Positions 1-11,659 of a stretch of DNA of 64,000 bases are shown one piece after another (the stretch's first letter is position 1; each line of letters starts with the position of its first letter). The translations under genes were made by a program, and so were the position numbers. The DNA is taken from assembly GCA_964234715.1 (NCBI GenBank), contig OZ174283.1; one strand, 5' to 3'. The stretch is from Podarcis melisellensis (lineage: Eukaryota). The notes below the pieces were generated by a model, which saw only the letters and a list, made by a program, of their open reading frames with translations, did no database searches and was not told the DNA's origin.

Positions 1-266
1 CACTTGTTGGCAGTGCTGAGGACACAGAAAGTGGAGGGCAAGTAAGGGAGCGAAATTAGGTGGTTGGCTCACCTCTTTCTCAGATTGCAAACCACAGCCT
101 CAGAGTGACACGAGTTGACAAATAACAAAGTTTTGGGACTGGAATGAAAAGGAGGGAGGAAGTTGAGAAAGAGCCACCAAGCTCAGAGCTTTGGGTATTA
201 AGATGCATAGCTTCAGCCTTCATGGACTAACTCCAGGCAACCTTACATCTATGCAACCCATAATAG

Positions 267-396
267 CAGGGACAGCTAACCTGTGGCCCTTTGGATGTTG
301 TTGAATTCCAACTTTCATCAGTTGCAGCCAGCCTCGCCAATGGACAAGGGTGATGGGAGCAACAACATCTGGAGGGCCACAAGTTCCCCATCCCTG
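267..396. mobile_element. ~130-bp hAT-type MITE (CAGGG...CCCTG)
   Basis: Imperfect TIRs CAGGGACAGCTAACCTGTGGCCCT / AGGGCCACAAGTTCCCCATCCCTG; degenerate 8-bp TSD cataatag/cacaatat; related copies near 29000, 34450, 35110, 57371, 63850. Confidence 0.7.
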
Positions 397-826
397 CACA
401 ATATTTTTTCTACCTCAGCAGCAAAAGCGACTGTGGATCATTCTGTTAGAATACATTGGGGCGGGTGTGTGTGTGTTATGTAATGTAATACATTCTAGAT
501 AAATTCTTTCTTGATTGAGGTCACTGGCTGCTTTTCCTTATCAGAAGATGCAGCTTTAGATGGCCTCTTCAAAGAAATTTAATAAATTACAGATTACAAA
601 TTACAAAAAAATAATAATCTGTAACTTTAAAATTACATGAAACGAGGTGTTCATTTTTGCCTTAGCATTTATGCACATAATATTTGTTTGTTTGTGTGTG
701 TGTTTAATGGCCTGGACTCAGTAATGCTACAGCTGTTTTCTTGCTCGTAAATAGGTTGGTTTTTTAATCTCCATCTCAAACTATCTCAGAATGCAATATT
801 TTAAGCATATTATACACACACACACT

Positions 827-1176
827 GGGACGCAGGTGGCACTGTGGGTTAAACCACAGACCCTAGGACTTGCTGATCAGAAGATCAGTGGTTTGAATCC
901 CTGTGATGGGGTGAGCTCCTGTTGCTCGGTCCCTGCTCCTGCCAACCTAGCAGTTCAAAAGCACAACAAAGTGCAAGTAGATAAATAGGTACCGCTCTGG
1001 CGGGAAGGTAAACAGCATTTCCATGTGCTGCTCTGGTTCTCTAGAAGTGGCTTAGTCATGCTGGCCACATGACCTGGAAGCTGTACACCGGCTCCCTCGG
1101 CCAATAAAGCGAGATGAGCGCTGCAACTCCAGAGTCGGCCACGACTGGACTAATGGTCAGGAGTCCCTTTACCTTT
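827..1176 (+). mobile_element. Sauria SINE, full length
   Basis: GGGACGCAGGTGGCACTGTGGGTTAAACC head, AGTAGATAAATAGGTACC core, CCTTTACCTTT tail; flanked by tatacacac(ac)act repeats (slipped TSD). Confidence 0.92.
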
Positions 1177-2319
1177 TATATATATATACACACACTTAGA
1201 GAATAGAGCAAGGTTTTCTGAAATAGGAAGCATCCGTATGCATTTCAAAAGCAGTTGAAGTTTATTTGTGAAGCATGTGTAAGCTGAAGAAATGGTCATG
1301 AGAATCATATAGAGGCAGTGACCAAACACACAATGCAACCTGTTCTATTGGCTACTATTAGTCAGACAAACCAAATTAATATACATTATAAAACTGGTAA
1401 CCCTGCAGTGTGAAGTAAGTGAGAAAGAGGAATCCCAAAGCTTCAATCAGGGGCACCGCAAAAAAATATTCCAGCCTCTGGAAAAGACAACTAACCAAGC
1501 TCACACTGCATAGAGAGTGAAGGTGGGGACCTTGAATAGTGGAGTGGAAGGGGTACAGCATGCCTAAATACCAGCCTGATATCCCCCAACAACTGGTACT
1601 CCTGCCCACATGGTCTGCAGAACCCCTTCTCCTGGGAGAGATCAACTCTAGTTCTCTCCCAAGGAGGTGGTGTTGGGGCAAATTTGCCCCTGCAAAAGAG
1701 CCAGCGTGGTATTATTATAATGTTGTAACTTTTAGAACTGGTGGCCAGGTGTACTTGTTTTTCTGTATTTCTTGAGCTCTTCTTGCTTTTGGGTCATGTC
1801 TTTTATCTGCTAAGCCTGTGGGCAAGGACTGTACTTATTGATCTCATATAAGCCGCTCTGGAGGTCTTTTCAGCTGAAGCGTGGAGTAAAAATGTGTCAA
1901 ACAAACAAAGCAAAACTAGAGCACACAGCATAACCAGCCACCACAAGAGAAGGCCTGTTGGTGCTCCCATTCAATAGCTCGCCCATTCAGCTCCTACTGG
2001 CATCTCGTAATTGGAGCAATGATGGGATCATCTTATGTAATGGCTGGAATCACTGCCAGATGAAGGCTAGGCAAAGAAGGGATTGATATGGCTCATCCTA
2101 TTCAGACATGTGTACACATGTACAAAGAGTCTGCACACATGTACAGGTGTTTGTGTGAATTTGAAAGTCAACATGTCAACTTCGCAATAATGTGAAATAC
2201 AAATTGGGTATGCTCCTGTGTGATTGTATTCATATATGTGCTATATAAATAAGGTATCGGAAATATACTCAGAGTTGAGTGTGAATTTCATGCTCTTTAT
2301 TCAGCTCATAGTAGCAATG

Positions 2320-2836
2320 TGTGCTGGTCCTGAGGGTTAACCGTGCGGCGAGGTCTGAGTCCAGTCCGAGGTTGAGGGTGCGGTATGGAGGCTGTCCGTC
2401 AAAGCTGAAGCAGGGTCCAAGGCAGGGAGCTGGGTGAGGTCAGGAGCTCTGGCAGGAGAGCAGGACAGGGTGCAGACAGGAACAGGCTGCCAACAATGTT
2501 GCTCCCAAACCTGGGACTGGGGCTGGCTGGCTTTTATCTGCCCGAGGCATAGGGCGGCCCGGGTCCACAGATGACTCACCTCTCCTGGCCTGGAGGCGAA
2601 CACTCCTCCTGCGGTAACTTAGTTCCCTCCACTTCTCTACCCTGAGCCTCTGCAGCTCAGGAGAGGCTGGAGGGTTACCGGACTCAGAGGCAACCGGCAC
2701 CTGAGGATTCAGCACAGGTGAGGACCCTTCAGGCTCAAGCCCCAGCCCCGGCTCAGCTGGTTCTGGAGGCGGGGACTCCTGTGCAGGCTGGGATTCCTCA
2801 GGTTTAGCCTCCGAGTCCGAATCGCAGGCCATCACA
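2320..2836 (-). mobile_element. GC-rich solo LTR nested in another LTR
   Basis: TGTG...CACA termini, perfect 5-bp TSD CAATG (2315-2319 / 2837-2841), GATAAAAG TATA-like box on minus strand near 2531. Confidence 0.85.
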
Positions 2837-2925
2837 CAATGATTGAAACTTGCCCCAAAACATCTGGCTATATATACATTATTTACACAATGGGCCCCGC
2901 ATGGCTAATTCCAGGCTACTCCTAT

Positions 2926-3100
2926 AGGCCAATCAGGTTGCAGATTCACCTCCTCCAGAAGCCTGATTGGCTGCTCCTGCAGGCCAGTTAGGTTGCTGAT
3001 TCACTTCATCCAGGAGCCTGATTGGCTGCTCCTGCAGGCCAATCAGGTCACTGATTCACTTCCACCTGGAGCTGGATTGGGTGGCTCCTGTGGACCAATC
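2926..3100. repeat. ~58-bp tandem repeat (about 3 units), each with inverted CCAAT/ATTGG boxes
   Basis: Units AGGCCAATCAGG...ATTCAC...CCTGATTGGCTGCTCCTGC. Confidence 0.85.
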
Positions 3101-3707
3101 AGACTGCTGCATTCCGGATTCTATTGTTCTAGGATTCAGCTCAGTACATAACAATATCCATCTCTCTCCTGCCCCCCATCCAGTTTTCAGTATAGCTTTT
3201 CAGCAGAACTACATATATAAACTCGAAATCTTTTTGTATCTGTATTAATAAAGACTTTGGTTTGGCAGTGGCTAAGAAAGGGTTTTGTGACCTGAAGCTG
3301 TTTCTTTCTCAAAGAAAAGTATAAGATCTTCCTATGTCTCCCCACATGCTCTCTGGCTCTCTATTCCCCACACATGCTCAATAAATGTGCTGGGGGGGGG
3401 CAGAGAAACTGAGTTGTTTAACTGAGAAGCTGTAAGAGAGGATGATGGCAATGACATGACCTGTGTGTCTGTATCTGTTCTGCAGCAACCCAAGATGGTG
3501 TTTATCTCTGCTAACCCTCACTCATGTTTGTCTTCTAGACTGAAAAGTCAAAATATTATGGGAATTACGATGCCTGTGCAAAAAACAAACCCACTTCCCA
3601 AGCAGTCTACCTTCATGGTTGTTTCCACAAGACATATAAATCTAAATATCTGAGTGTGTGCAGGTAGCATAGGGTGTCCATGTGTGTCCATCTTCAAAGA
3701 GGACAAC

Positions 3708-4433
3708 CATAAGGACACAAGTACCTGCTGGATCAGGTCAAGGCTCATCTGGACCAGCATCCTGTTCCCAACATGGCTAACCAGATGTCCATGAGAAGCC
3801 TGAGAAGAGGAGCCAACCACAATATTCATCTCCCCACCTGTGACTCACAGCAACTGACGTTCAGCAGCACACTGACTCCAACAGTGGAGGGAGAACAGAG
3901 GCAGGCAGAGCCATCACGGCTAGTGGCCATGGACAGCCTTTATCATTCATGAATTTGCTTAATTCTCTTTAAGAGGCGTGGGTTAAACCACAGAGCCTAG
4001 GACTTGCTGATCAGAAGGTCGGCGGTTCGAATCCCCGCAACGGGGTGAGCTCCTGTTGCTCAGTCCCTGCTCCTGCCAGCCTAGCAATTCAAAAGCACGT
4101 CAAAGTGCATGTAGATAAATAGGTACCACTCCAGCGGGAAGGTAAATGGCATTTCTGTGCACTGCTCTGCTTCACCAGAAGTGGTTTGGTCATGCTGGCC
4201 ACATGACCCGGAAGCTGTACGCCGGTTCCCTCGGCCAATAAAGTGAGATGAGCGCCGCAACCCCAGAGCCGGCCACGACTGGACCTAATGGTCAGGGTCC
4301 CTTTATCTTTAAGAGCTACCCAAGTTAGTGGCCATCATCACCTCTTGTGGAAATGAATTCCATTGTTTAGCTATGCACCGTGTGAAGAAGTCCTTTATTT
4401 TGTCTGTCTTGAATCCTCCAACATTCAGCTTCT
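3708..4433 (-). mobile_element. CR1 LINE 3' fragment, interrupted by a Sauria SINE
   Basis: Reverse of CR1 3' end (cataagga...ctgctggatcagg...ccagcatcctgttc...ccagatg), continuing after the SINE with gtggccatc...gaattccat...tgtgaagaagt. Confidence 0.7.
3976..4305 (+). mobile_element. Sauria SINE, slightly 5'-truncated
   Basis: Same family as 827-1176; 10-bp TSD TCTTTAAGAG (3966-3975 / 4306-4315). Confidence 0.92.
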
Positions 4434-7400
4434 AATGAAGCTTTCCCATGTGTTATAAGAGGGGGTGGGGGGAAATGCTTCAGACCTTAATGTGAGTGTA
4501 TAGAAAATGAGGGTAGAGGCAATAGATATAACCCCCTGCCCCCTCCATGCATTCATAGCTAAACATAGGTCATGTGAAGCGAGCTAAAATGGACATCAAA
4601 CCTGCTTTTTCTCCCATGTATTTTACAGTCCTTGGTAAATATTCTGGAGATTTACAAACACAAACAAACAACAATATTTGAAAACTGTAATTACACATGA
4701 AGATGCTATAGTAAGTCCCTATCACCTATCAGGTTCATCTACCTCATAGATCAAGAGATGAAAATGCCAGTAGTGTTTGAGACTTGTGGTGTACCTTCTG
4801 TGGGATCTCTGTAGCAAGATTTTGAGATAAATGTTTGACAGCTGAAATCCCTTCACTACAGGGACAGCATGGCAGCTGTTCACGTTTTTCAAGGTAGTTA
4901 TGAGAGAAACAGAAAGGCATTACTGTATTAACCCACTCTTAGAAACAACAAAAACATTTCCTTTTCAGGTATATGAGGATTGGATGTATTCTTTGCCTTC
5001 ACAGGGATCTGCCCATTCTGCAGCCCTATATTCTGGAGAATTTAGAATGGAAACAATAATTTGTGGGAATACTTTATTTGTCTTCTTCCTTTTAGCCAAG
5101 GCAGCTGAATCCATCAGTAGGAACTCAAACTTCCTTCCCTTGGATTGCAATATGGTGTTTATATCTCCCTCATGTTCCTCACAATTATTCCCTCAGGGAA
5201 TCTCTATCATATTCACTTATTTGGCAAAGAATCCTGTGCATCAGCTAAAAAAATAACCCATGTTGTATTTGGAAGCAATTATGAGACATATTATAGAGGA
5301 CAACCCTGATCTTTCTGGAGCTTGGCAATGATACTCTTGCAGCCACTGAAAGGAGGATTGGTAATTGTTAGAGATGAGCTTGAAAAATTGTTGGAGTGGG
5401 GGGGGGGTTCTTCATTTTTTATAAAAACCAGTATTTTCATAATTTACTCTCTCATGAAACTTCTATTCACATCTAGTACATTTCAAACTAGCACATTCAT
5501 TTCCCCCCTTTAAAAAACACTATTATTTTATAATACTTGTACTCCACAAGGGTATCACTGCCAAGTTTCAGAAAGATCAGGCAAAGGGCTCCCATGTCAC
5601 AGACAAATGAAATAATAATGATTTTAAAATTTCTCTGAACTTGAAATCTCGAATCAAAAGTTTAGTGGGTTAATGAGTCTGCCTATCATCTTTTGAACAA
5701 ATTCCAGGTTATTATCCTGGTTTGTTAACCAACATTATGCCAGAGTTCCTTGATTTGGACATAATTTTAAATTCAAGCCAGGATTCTTGCGCTGAAGGCA
5801 GCACACAATGGAAGGAAATGATGGGTGAGTTGCACATGCGTATGGCTCTCAGCCACAACTTCATGACTTCTTATAAAGTTGTGGATTATTACCCAAACTT
5901 GGCTTATATGAGCAAAAGAAGAGCCCTACTGAGTCACACCAAAGACCAAATTACTCCATTTTGACCTCACAAAACTCTAGAAGCAAGAGCATTCCTTCTC
6001 ATGATCCCCACCAGTTTGTTCCAGCTGTGAACTGTGTGTTCCTAGGGTCATATTTGCCCACCTTCTAATACACATTTCCCAGTCATTGGCAATGAATTGT
6101 CTCTCCCAGCTGACCTGCGATATTCATTTGCACACAATCATTTGTGAGGGGAAATTGGGAAGTTGAAGACTGAATCATCTAGTGGAGGCTGGTCCCTCAA
6201 CAAATGCCCTCAACAAATCCCACATCTGCCTTCTTTCTTACAACCAGTCTGGGGGGTACTGCCTGCAGCTTACTACTACTTAGTCTCAGTGTTGTTCCTC
6301 ATACAACTCAGCAGGGAAGGGGAAAGAACTAGAATTGGTTGGTTCTTCCTCTTATTGTGTCTGGCTCCATCTGCTGTTGATCTCCCTACCAGCCCCAACA
6401 GGGATCCACCACTACTAGGATCATCTGAACAAACCCTCAGCATATAACATAAATTCATGATGGCTTTGGAATGGTGAGTGTTCTAGAAATAAAGAGTCCT
6501 TGTGGGGAACGTTGAAATCCATTTCTTATCCTGCCAAATCAAAGGCCATGTGGTGATGTGCATTATTTGCTGGGCTCTGGGAAATGGAGGCAGATCTTTA
6601 TTAAACTCTTTGCAGATGGCTTTTGAGGCTTTTATCAAGCCTTTTGATCTTTCTTGCTCAACTTTAATGTGAGCCTATAACAGGCTTAATACAAAGGGGA
6701 TTTTTGACCTTTTCAAGTATTAAATGGTAACCACGAAATGCTTTATCATTGTTAACTAGGGCTGTTAATGGAGGCTTTATTTCAAATTCTGGATTTCGGC
6801 ACAAGCACTTCCACAGCCTCCCTCGTTCCCTTATGATTGCATTTTATTAAACTTAATGGATTTTATTTAGATGAAACAAGACACACTCTACACTGCCAAG
6901 GTCCTTTAATGAAAAACACAAAAGGGAGATGCATTAAGAAAATATTTCTAAACCTGCTAATTGTCACATTGTGTTATGTGGGGCCTAATGGATCGCTCTG
7001 GCCTTCATTGCAAAATACTTGTGTGCGTGTCTGTCCCAGAGATTAAGTGTTTATCTTGCGCAGGCTCTTTTGTTCTGCTCAAGTCCTTAGATGTACATTT
7101 GCTGTATTTGAGACCTGCCAGAGTCATTTCCTTACCTCCAAACCCTTGCTCAACCCTCTGTGATAACCACCTTGATGGACACCTTAGTCAACTCTTTTGT
7201 GGGGCTAGAGACTACAGTTCTGTCAGGCTGCAGGAAGAAGGAGAAAGGATGGCCACTCTGTCAGCTCAGCTGAGAGTAAGTAACCAAACCATTCCAATTG
7301 ATCATTTTAATAATTTTGTAGCTAAGTTCTAGTGTCTGGGTCTGTCTTAGGAGTTGCAGGAGATGATACATGCAACACCCCCACCTATAGATCTGTCCAC

Positions 7401-7644
7401 TCATTGCCCATCAGCACCTGTCATCTGAGGCTACTGCCTCAATCTGCCTCATGGTAGGGCTGGTTCTGCCCATGACCCCACCATGACCCCAACAGGCTCC
7501 ATCCAAAAAGCACTTCCACATTCCACAGTGTAAATTGGCTCCTTTAAGAAGATTAAAAATATCACCTGTTGCAAGCAAACTCATCCATCCTAGATCGTAT
7601 ATATTTTTCATGGCTTTCAATATCTTAACAGTTGTTAAGAGGCG

Positions 7645-7891
7645 TCAACAGGCTCATCACAGCTATCTGCCAATCACCCATTCCCACCACCCTTCTGAGT
7701 AATACCCCTCCCCACCTTCTCACTATATAGAAGGGTCTGGTGACTTCTGTTTCAGTGTATCTGAAGAAGTGTGCATGCACACGAAAGCTCATACCAGGAA
7801 CTAACTTAGTTGGTCTTTAAGGTGCTACTGGAAGGAATTTTTTTATTTTGTTTTGACTATGGCAGACCAACACGGCTACCTATCTGTAACT
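7645..7891 (+). mobile_element. Penelope-like element terminal repeat (pLTR) fragment
   Basis: TATATA box followed by CTGAAGAAGTGTGCATGCACACGAAAGCTCATACC and TTAGTTGGTCTTTAAGGTGCTAC, typical of vertebrate PLE pLTRs; boundaries approximate. Confidence 0.75.
7757..7794 (+). ncRNA. Minimal type I hammerhead ribozyme motif
   Basis: GUAU-CUGAAGA-a-GUGUGC/AU/GCACAC-GAAA-GC-UC-AUAC: core CUGANGA and GAAA, stem II hairpin, stem I GUAU/AUAC, predicted cleavage after C7790. Confidence 0.75.
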
Positions 7892-9833
7892 AGATATTCA
7901 GTGTGATTTAAACGTGTGCATATGGATTTTTATGGGCATGTACCCTACTTTTGGTTTCTCATCTCCTTGAACTATTTTTCATGCCCAGTGTTCATTCTAT
8001 GAACTGTGTAACTGAAAACTACTAGCCAAGTCTTCCATCTTCCTCCTTCTTCCCAATCCCTTTTTATTTTGTATTTTAGACTGTATGCCATATTATTCCT
8101 GATGTTCACAAGCCATTTGGGAGCCTTTTTTGACTAACTGGCACAATAAATAAACAACAAATAAATAAACATAGCTTAGTTGGCTCTGAAGGGGATTCAA
8201 GAAAGTTATGAAGAAAAGGGGCTACCAGCAGCTACTAGAGTATCAGAAGTCTCCTTAGAGTATCAGAAGTCTCATGATACCAATGGCTAGGGAACAACTG
8301 TATGAGATTGCTGTTGTACTTGTGGTAGGAAACAGGATGGGCCTTTGGTGTAATCCAGCAGAGCTCTGCTTTGGTTCTTAGGAATGTTGGGAATGGGCCA
8401 GGAATGCCAGTAAGTGATGCAGAATGTATGATGCTGTCTTATGCTAAGTCTGACCATTGGTCCATCTAGTTCTACAGTGCTTTGATTGACTGACAGTGGT
8501 TCTCCAGGATTTCAGACAGAGCTCTCTCCTGGCTCTACTTGGGTTGCACCTTGGGGCTTCTAAATTCAAAGGAGATGCTTCTATGTGCAAAGCTATCACT
8601 GTAGATAAGAACAAGGTGAGTCAGACTATTGCCCAAACTAGACCTCCTGTTCTCAGCTTTTCAACCAACTTCTTTGTCAAATTATTTTGCATCAGCAACC
8701 ATTTCTTCTGTTGATTTTGTTTTGGTTTTTTCCACATTATGGATGCTAAGAAGCTTGTTATAGTAACAGATAACAGGAAGGGCTCTAATAAGTATGTTTG
8801 TTTTCCTCTCTTGATTCAGAGAGTTTGGTTTCAGGCTAATTTTATGTGGGCTTTTTAGGAAAGGTAAAGAAGCAGCAATACATTGAACATTCCATACAAG
8901 TTCACTGTTGGACAACAGCTTGCTTTGACGCCAGCTGACTAATTTGTACCGCACTGAACCTGAATTCGCAGTCAGTGGCAATAGAGAAAGGCCAACAGTG
9001 TGTGTAAACATCATTATTTTATTTGCCTGCTGAGGGATACAATGACAAACACACGCACGCAATCCACCTTCTGTCCCAGCACTTTTAAGGAAATAAAGAA
9101 GCTGGTGTTAAAGGAACCACAGGATTGGAATTCAGGAGCTGAGCTGCTCCTGCTATACTCATGTAACTGTCGAAATAAAGATTGTCTGTTGCTACAATAC
9201 AATTAAAGATCACACCAATCCTTTAGACCTTGCCCAAGCAAGAATCCCACTGAAATCTAAATTAAGTTCCCTTAATTGGAGCATTTTCAGACCAGAACCC
9301 CAGAGTTAACCACGAAGTAAGAGCACTAGCTGACTGCAAGAAATTAACCAACCTCCAACACACAGAGTCTTTTGTGGGCAGAGGTCCTTTGTGGAATTTA
9401 TTGTAATAACAGGTGGAGGGGGAAGAGTAACTGAACACTGATATGTTGACGGCATGATAATTTTTTATTTGCATCTTGCCTCCATTGTAAATAGAGGTTT
9501 TTTCTGTTTTGAAAATAAATATGTGCATATATATACACACACAGGCACACATAATTTTATCAAGGATATATATGACATTCTGCTAGGTATAGATAAGTCT
9601 GCCAATTTTGGTTTCTACTTTTTCCTGCTTTAAGTTCAGTTCTCCATTTGCTTTCAGGCATCAGTCTGCAATTTTTTAAAGGTCGTCCTGAAAAACTTTC
9701 AGCATTTTTTTTCAATGTAATTTTGCATGATGTGGACATTTTTTCAAGTTGTTTTGCCTAATATCCATTATATTAGGGAAAACAACTTGAAAAAATGTTT
9801 TATGTTATTTTCACCAGTATATGGATTCTTATA

Positions 9834-10082
9834 CAGTCATACCTCGGGTTACAGACACTTTTTTCAGGTTACGGACTGCTGGAACCCAGAAGTACTGGAA
9901 AGGGTTACTTCCAGGTTTCGGCGGTCGCGCATGCGCAGAAGTGCTAAATCATGCTTTGCGCATGTGCAGAAGCACCAAATCGCAACCTGCGCGTGTGCAG
10001 ACGTGCTGCTGCGGGTTGTGGACGCTGCGGGTTGCGAATGTGCATCCCACATGAATCACGTTCGCAACCTGAGTGTCCACTG
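9834..10082 (-). mobile_element. pogo/Tigger-type MITE, family B (reverse of 12947-13207)
   Basis: TA-CAGTCATACCTC ... GAGTGTCCACTG-TA; interior is the reverse complement of the 12947 copy (gggttacttccaggtttc, gcgcagaagtgctaaatc). Confidence 0.85.
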
Positions 10083-10452
10083 TATTGTACACACTGGCCC
10101 CCACCATACACTTTTTATACATATAACTTTTGGGGGGTAAGGAACAGCATCATTGAATTTGGACGCTTGCAAATTAGGTCTTCCTCCCCATTGAATGGGT
10201 ATTTTTCTGATCTTGCTTATATTTTTTGCAAATATTGTGCAAATGAAACATGATAGGCTTCAGAGTTGTACTTTAGCTTAATCGTCTCCTCCCTAAAAGA
10301 GGGCACGTGTTGCGGTGAGACCTGCAGACTGACCCCCTGTGTTGTAGGTGGGTTTGATTGGTTAGCCACAACACCCAATTGGTGGGTCTCTCAATGTTCG
10401 GGTTCAATCTGACCAATGGGGCACAGTCCAAACGGACCGAGGGACCTATATA

Positions 10453-10535
10453 CAGTGGTACCTCTGGATGCGAATGGGATCCGTTCCGGAACCCCGTTTG
10501 CATCCTGAAGTGAACGCAACCCGTGTCTGCACATC
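10453..10535 (+). mobile_element. Truncated pogo/Tigger-type MITE (left end only)
   Basis: TA-CAGTGGTACCTC...GGATCCGTTCC, similar to the start of the 12947 copy; no right TIR. Confidence 0.7.
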
Positions 10536-11390
10536 CAGATAGGAACAGGGTGGGTGTGGTTTCTATCTGTTCCAGCCTGCCATGCTGGGGTAGAGCACAA
10601 TGGCAAAAAGGGCCATCACTGGCTCACATTAATGAAAGAAAAGCAATTGATGTATCTGAATGATACCTATTAGTCATACACTTTCAGAGTAGTTTGACCC
10701 CCCATTATCAAATTTTGCTATATTGACTATTTTTTAAGGCAGAAATAAAGGAATGAGGGTAGCATTCTCCTCATTTGTATGTTGACAGTCATTATATAAA
10801 AGGCAGCACACTGTGAACTGAAGAGTTGACTGGCAGCGTCCCAAATGGCAATCTGAAGGAATGTCAGAGTGATAAATGCTCCAAGTGATTTTCTAGACTG
10901 AGATCAAGAGCAAATAAATGTTAACACAAGTATTAAAGGTGATTGGTGGATGCCACAACAACGTAATTCCTAGAAAGGGGTTCTTTTCCCTTTTTTTACT
11001 ACTAAATCCATCAAAATATGCCAACTTTGCTCAGTTCTTTTAAAGCATTTCTACTACTCGCTTCAACTTTTACTTTGGATTGCCATCTTTTTGGTTTGTG
11101 GCCTGATCTCTTAGGCACTATTGGCATGGACCATGGAGCCATAATCACAGAGCACACATTGGTACGTATGTGGTCCCAAGTTCAATATCCGATGGAAAAT
11201 ATCTTAGGGAGAGCATCCTGGTTGGATGCTCTGACCATTGCACCATATTAGCACTGTGAACTGAGATTCTGGATTCATCCCTGCCCCAGATGCTTGCCTG
11301 CCTGCCTTCCCTAGAATTTCTGTAGTCCACAGTTTTACAAAATAAGAATATCTATATTCAGCATCTCTAACTAATCTGTTGCATTAAGTA

Positions 11391-11455
11391 CTTCTTTCTT
11401 CTTCTTCTTCTACTCCTCCTCCTCCTCCTCCTCCTCCTCCTCCTTCTTCTTCTTG
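11391..11455. repeat. Compound (CTT)n/(CCT)n microsatellite
   Basis: Seen directly. Confidence 0.95.
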
Positions 11456-11549
11456 CTTCTCTTTGCTTTTCAAAAGGGAACCCCTTATTGAATCAAGCTA
11501 ACATTGATCTTCTTCAACATTCTTAGGTCCAGGAAAACCCAAGTATGTT

Positions 11550-11659
11550 GAATGAATGAATGAATTTATTAATACGGTCACAGACCAGCGTCAACACACA
11601 CAATATCATAGATCATAAAAAAACATCAGAAATACAAGGGAAATACAAGTGTTAAAATT
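11550..11659 (-). mobile_element. Very short 5'-truncated non-LTR retroposon 3' end with (ATTC)n tail; clade uncertain, possibly RTE-X
   Basis: Minus strand ends GCTGGTCTGTGACCGTATTAATAAATTCATTCATTCATTC; perfect 12-bp TSD CCCAAGTATGTT (11538-11549 / 11660-11671). Confidence 0.75.

Larger units (their letters stand above)
2237..3153 (-). mobile_element. Solo LTR (Gypsy/ERV type), interrupted by a second LTR at 2320-2836
   Basis: Minus strand begins TGTTATGTACTGAG at 3153, then tandem CCAAT-box repeats (2926-3100), TATATATA (~2868-2875) and AATAAA (2296-2301); left boundary approximate. Confidence 0.7.

Noticed and set aside
3539-5160. Candidate exons after ttctag (3539) and tttcag (4969)
   Set aside because: Weak donors, joined frames hit stops, and peptides not recognised
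8236-8273. 20-bp tandem duplication (tagagtatcagaagtctc); similar short ones at ~38353 and ~47189
   Set aside because: Ordinary slippage events
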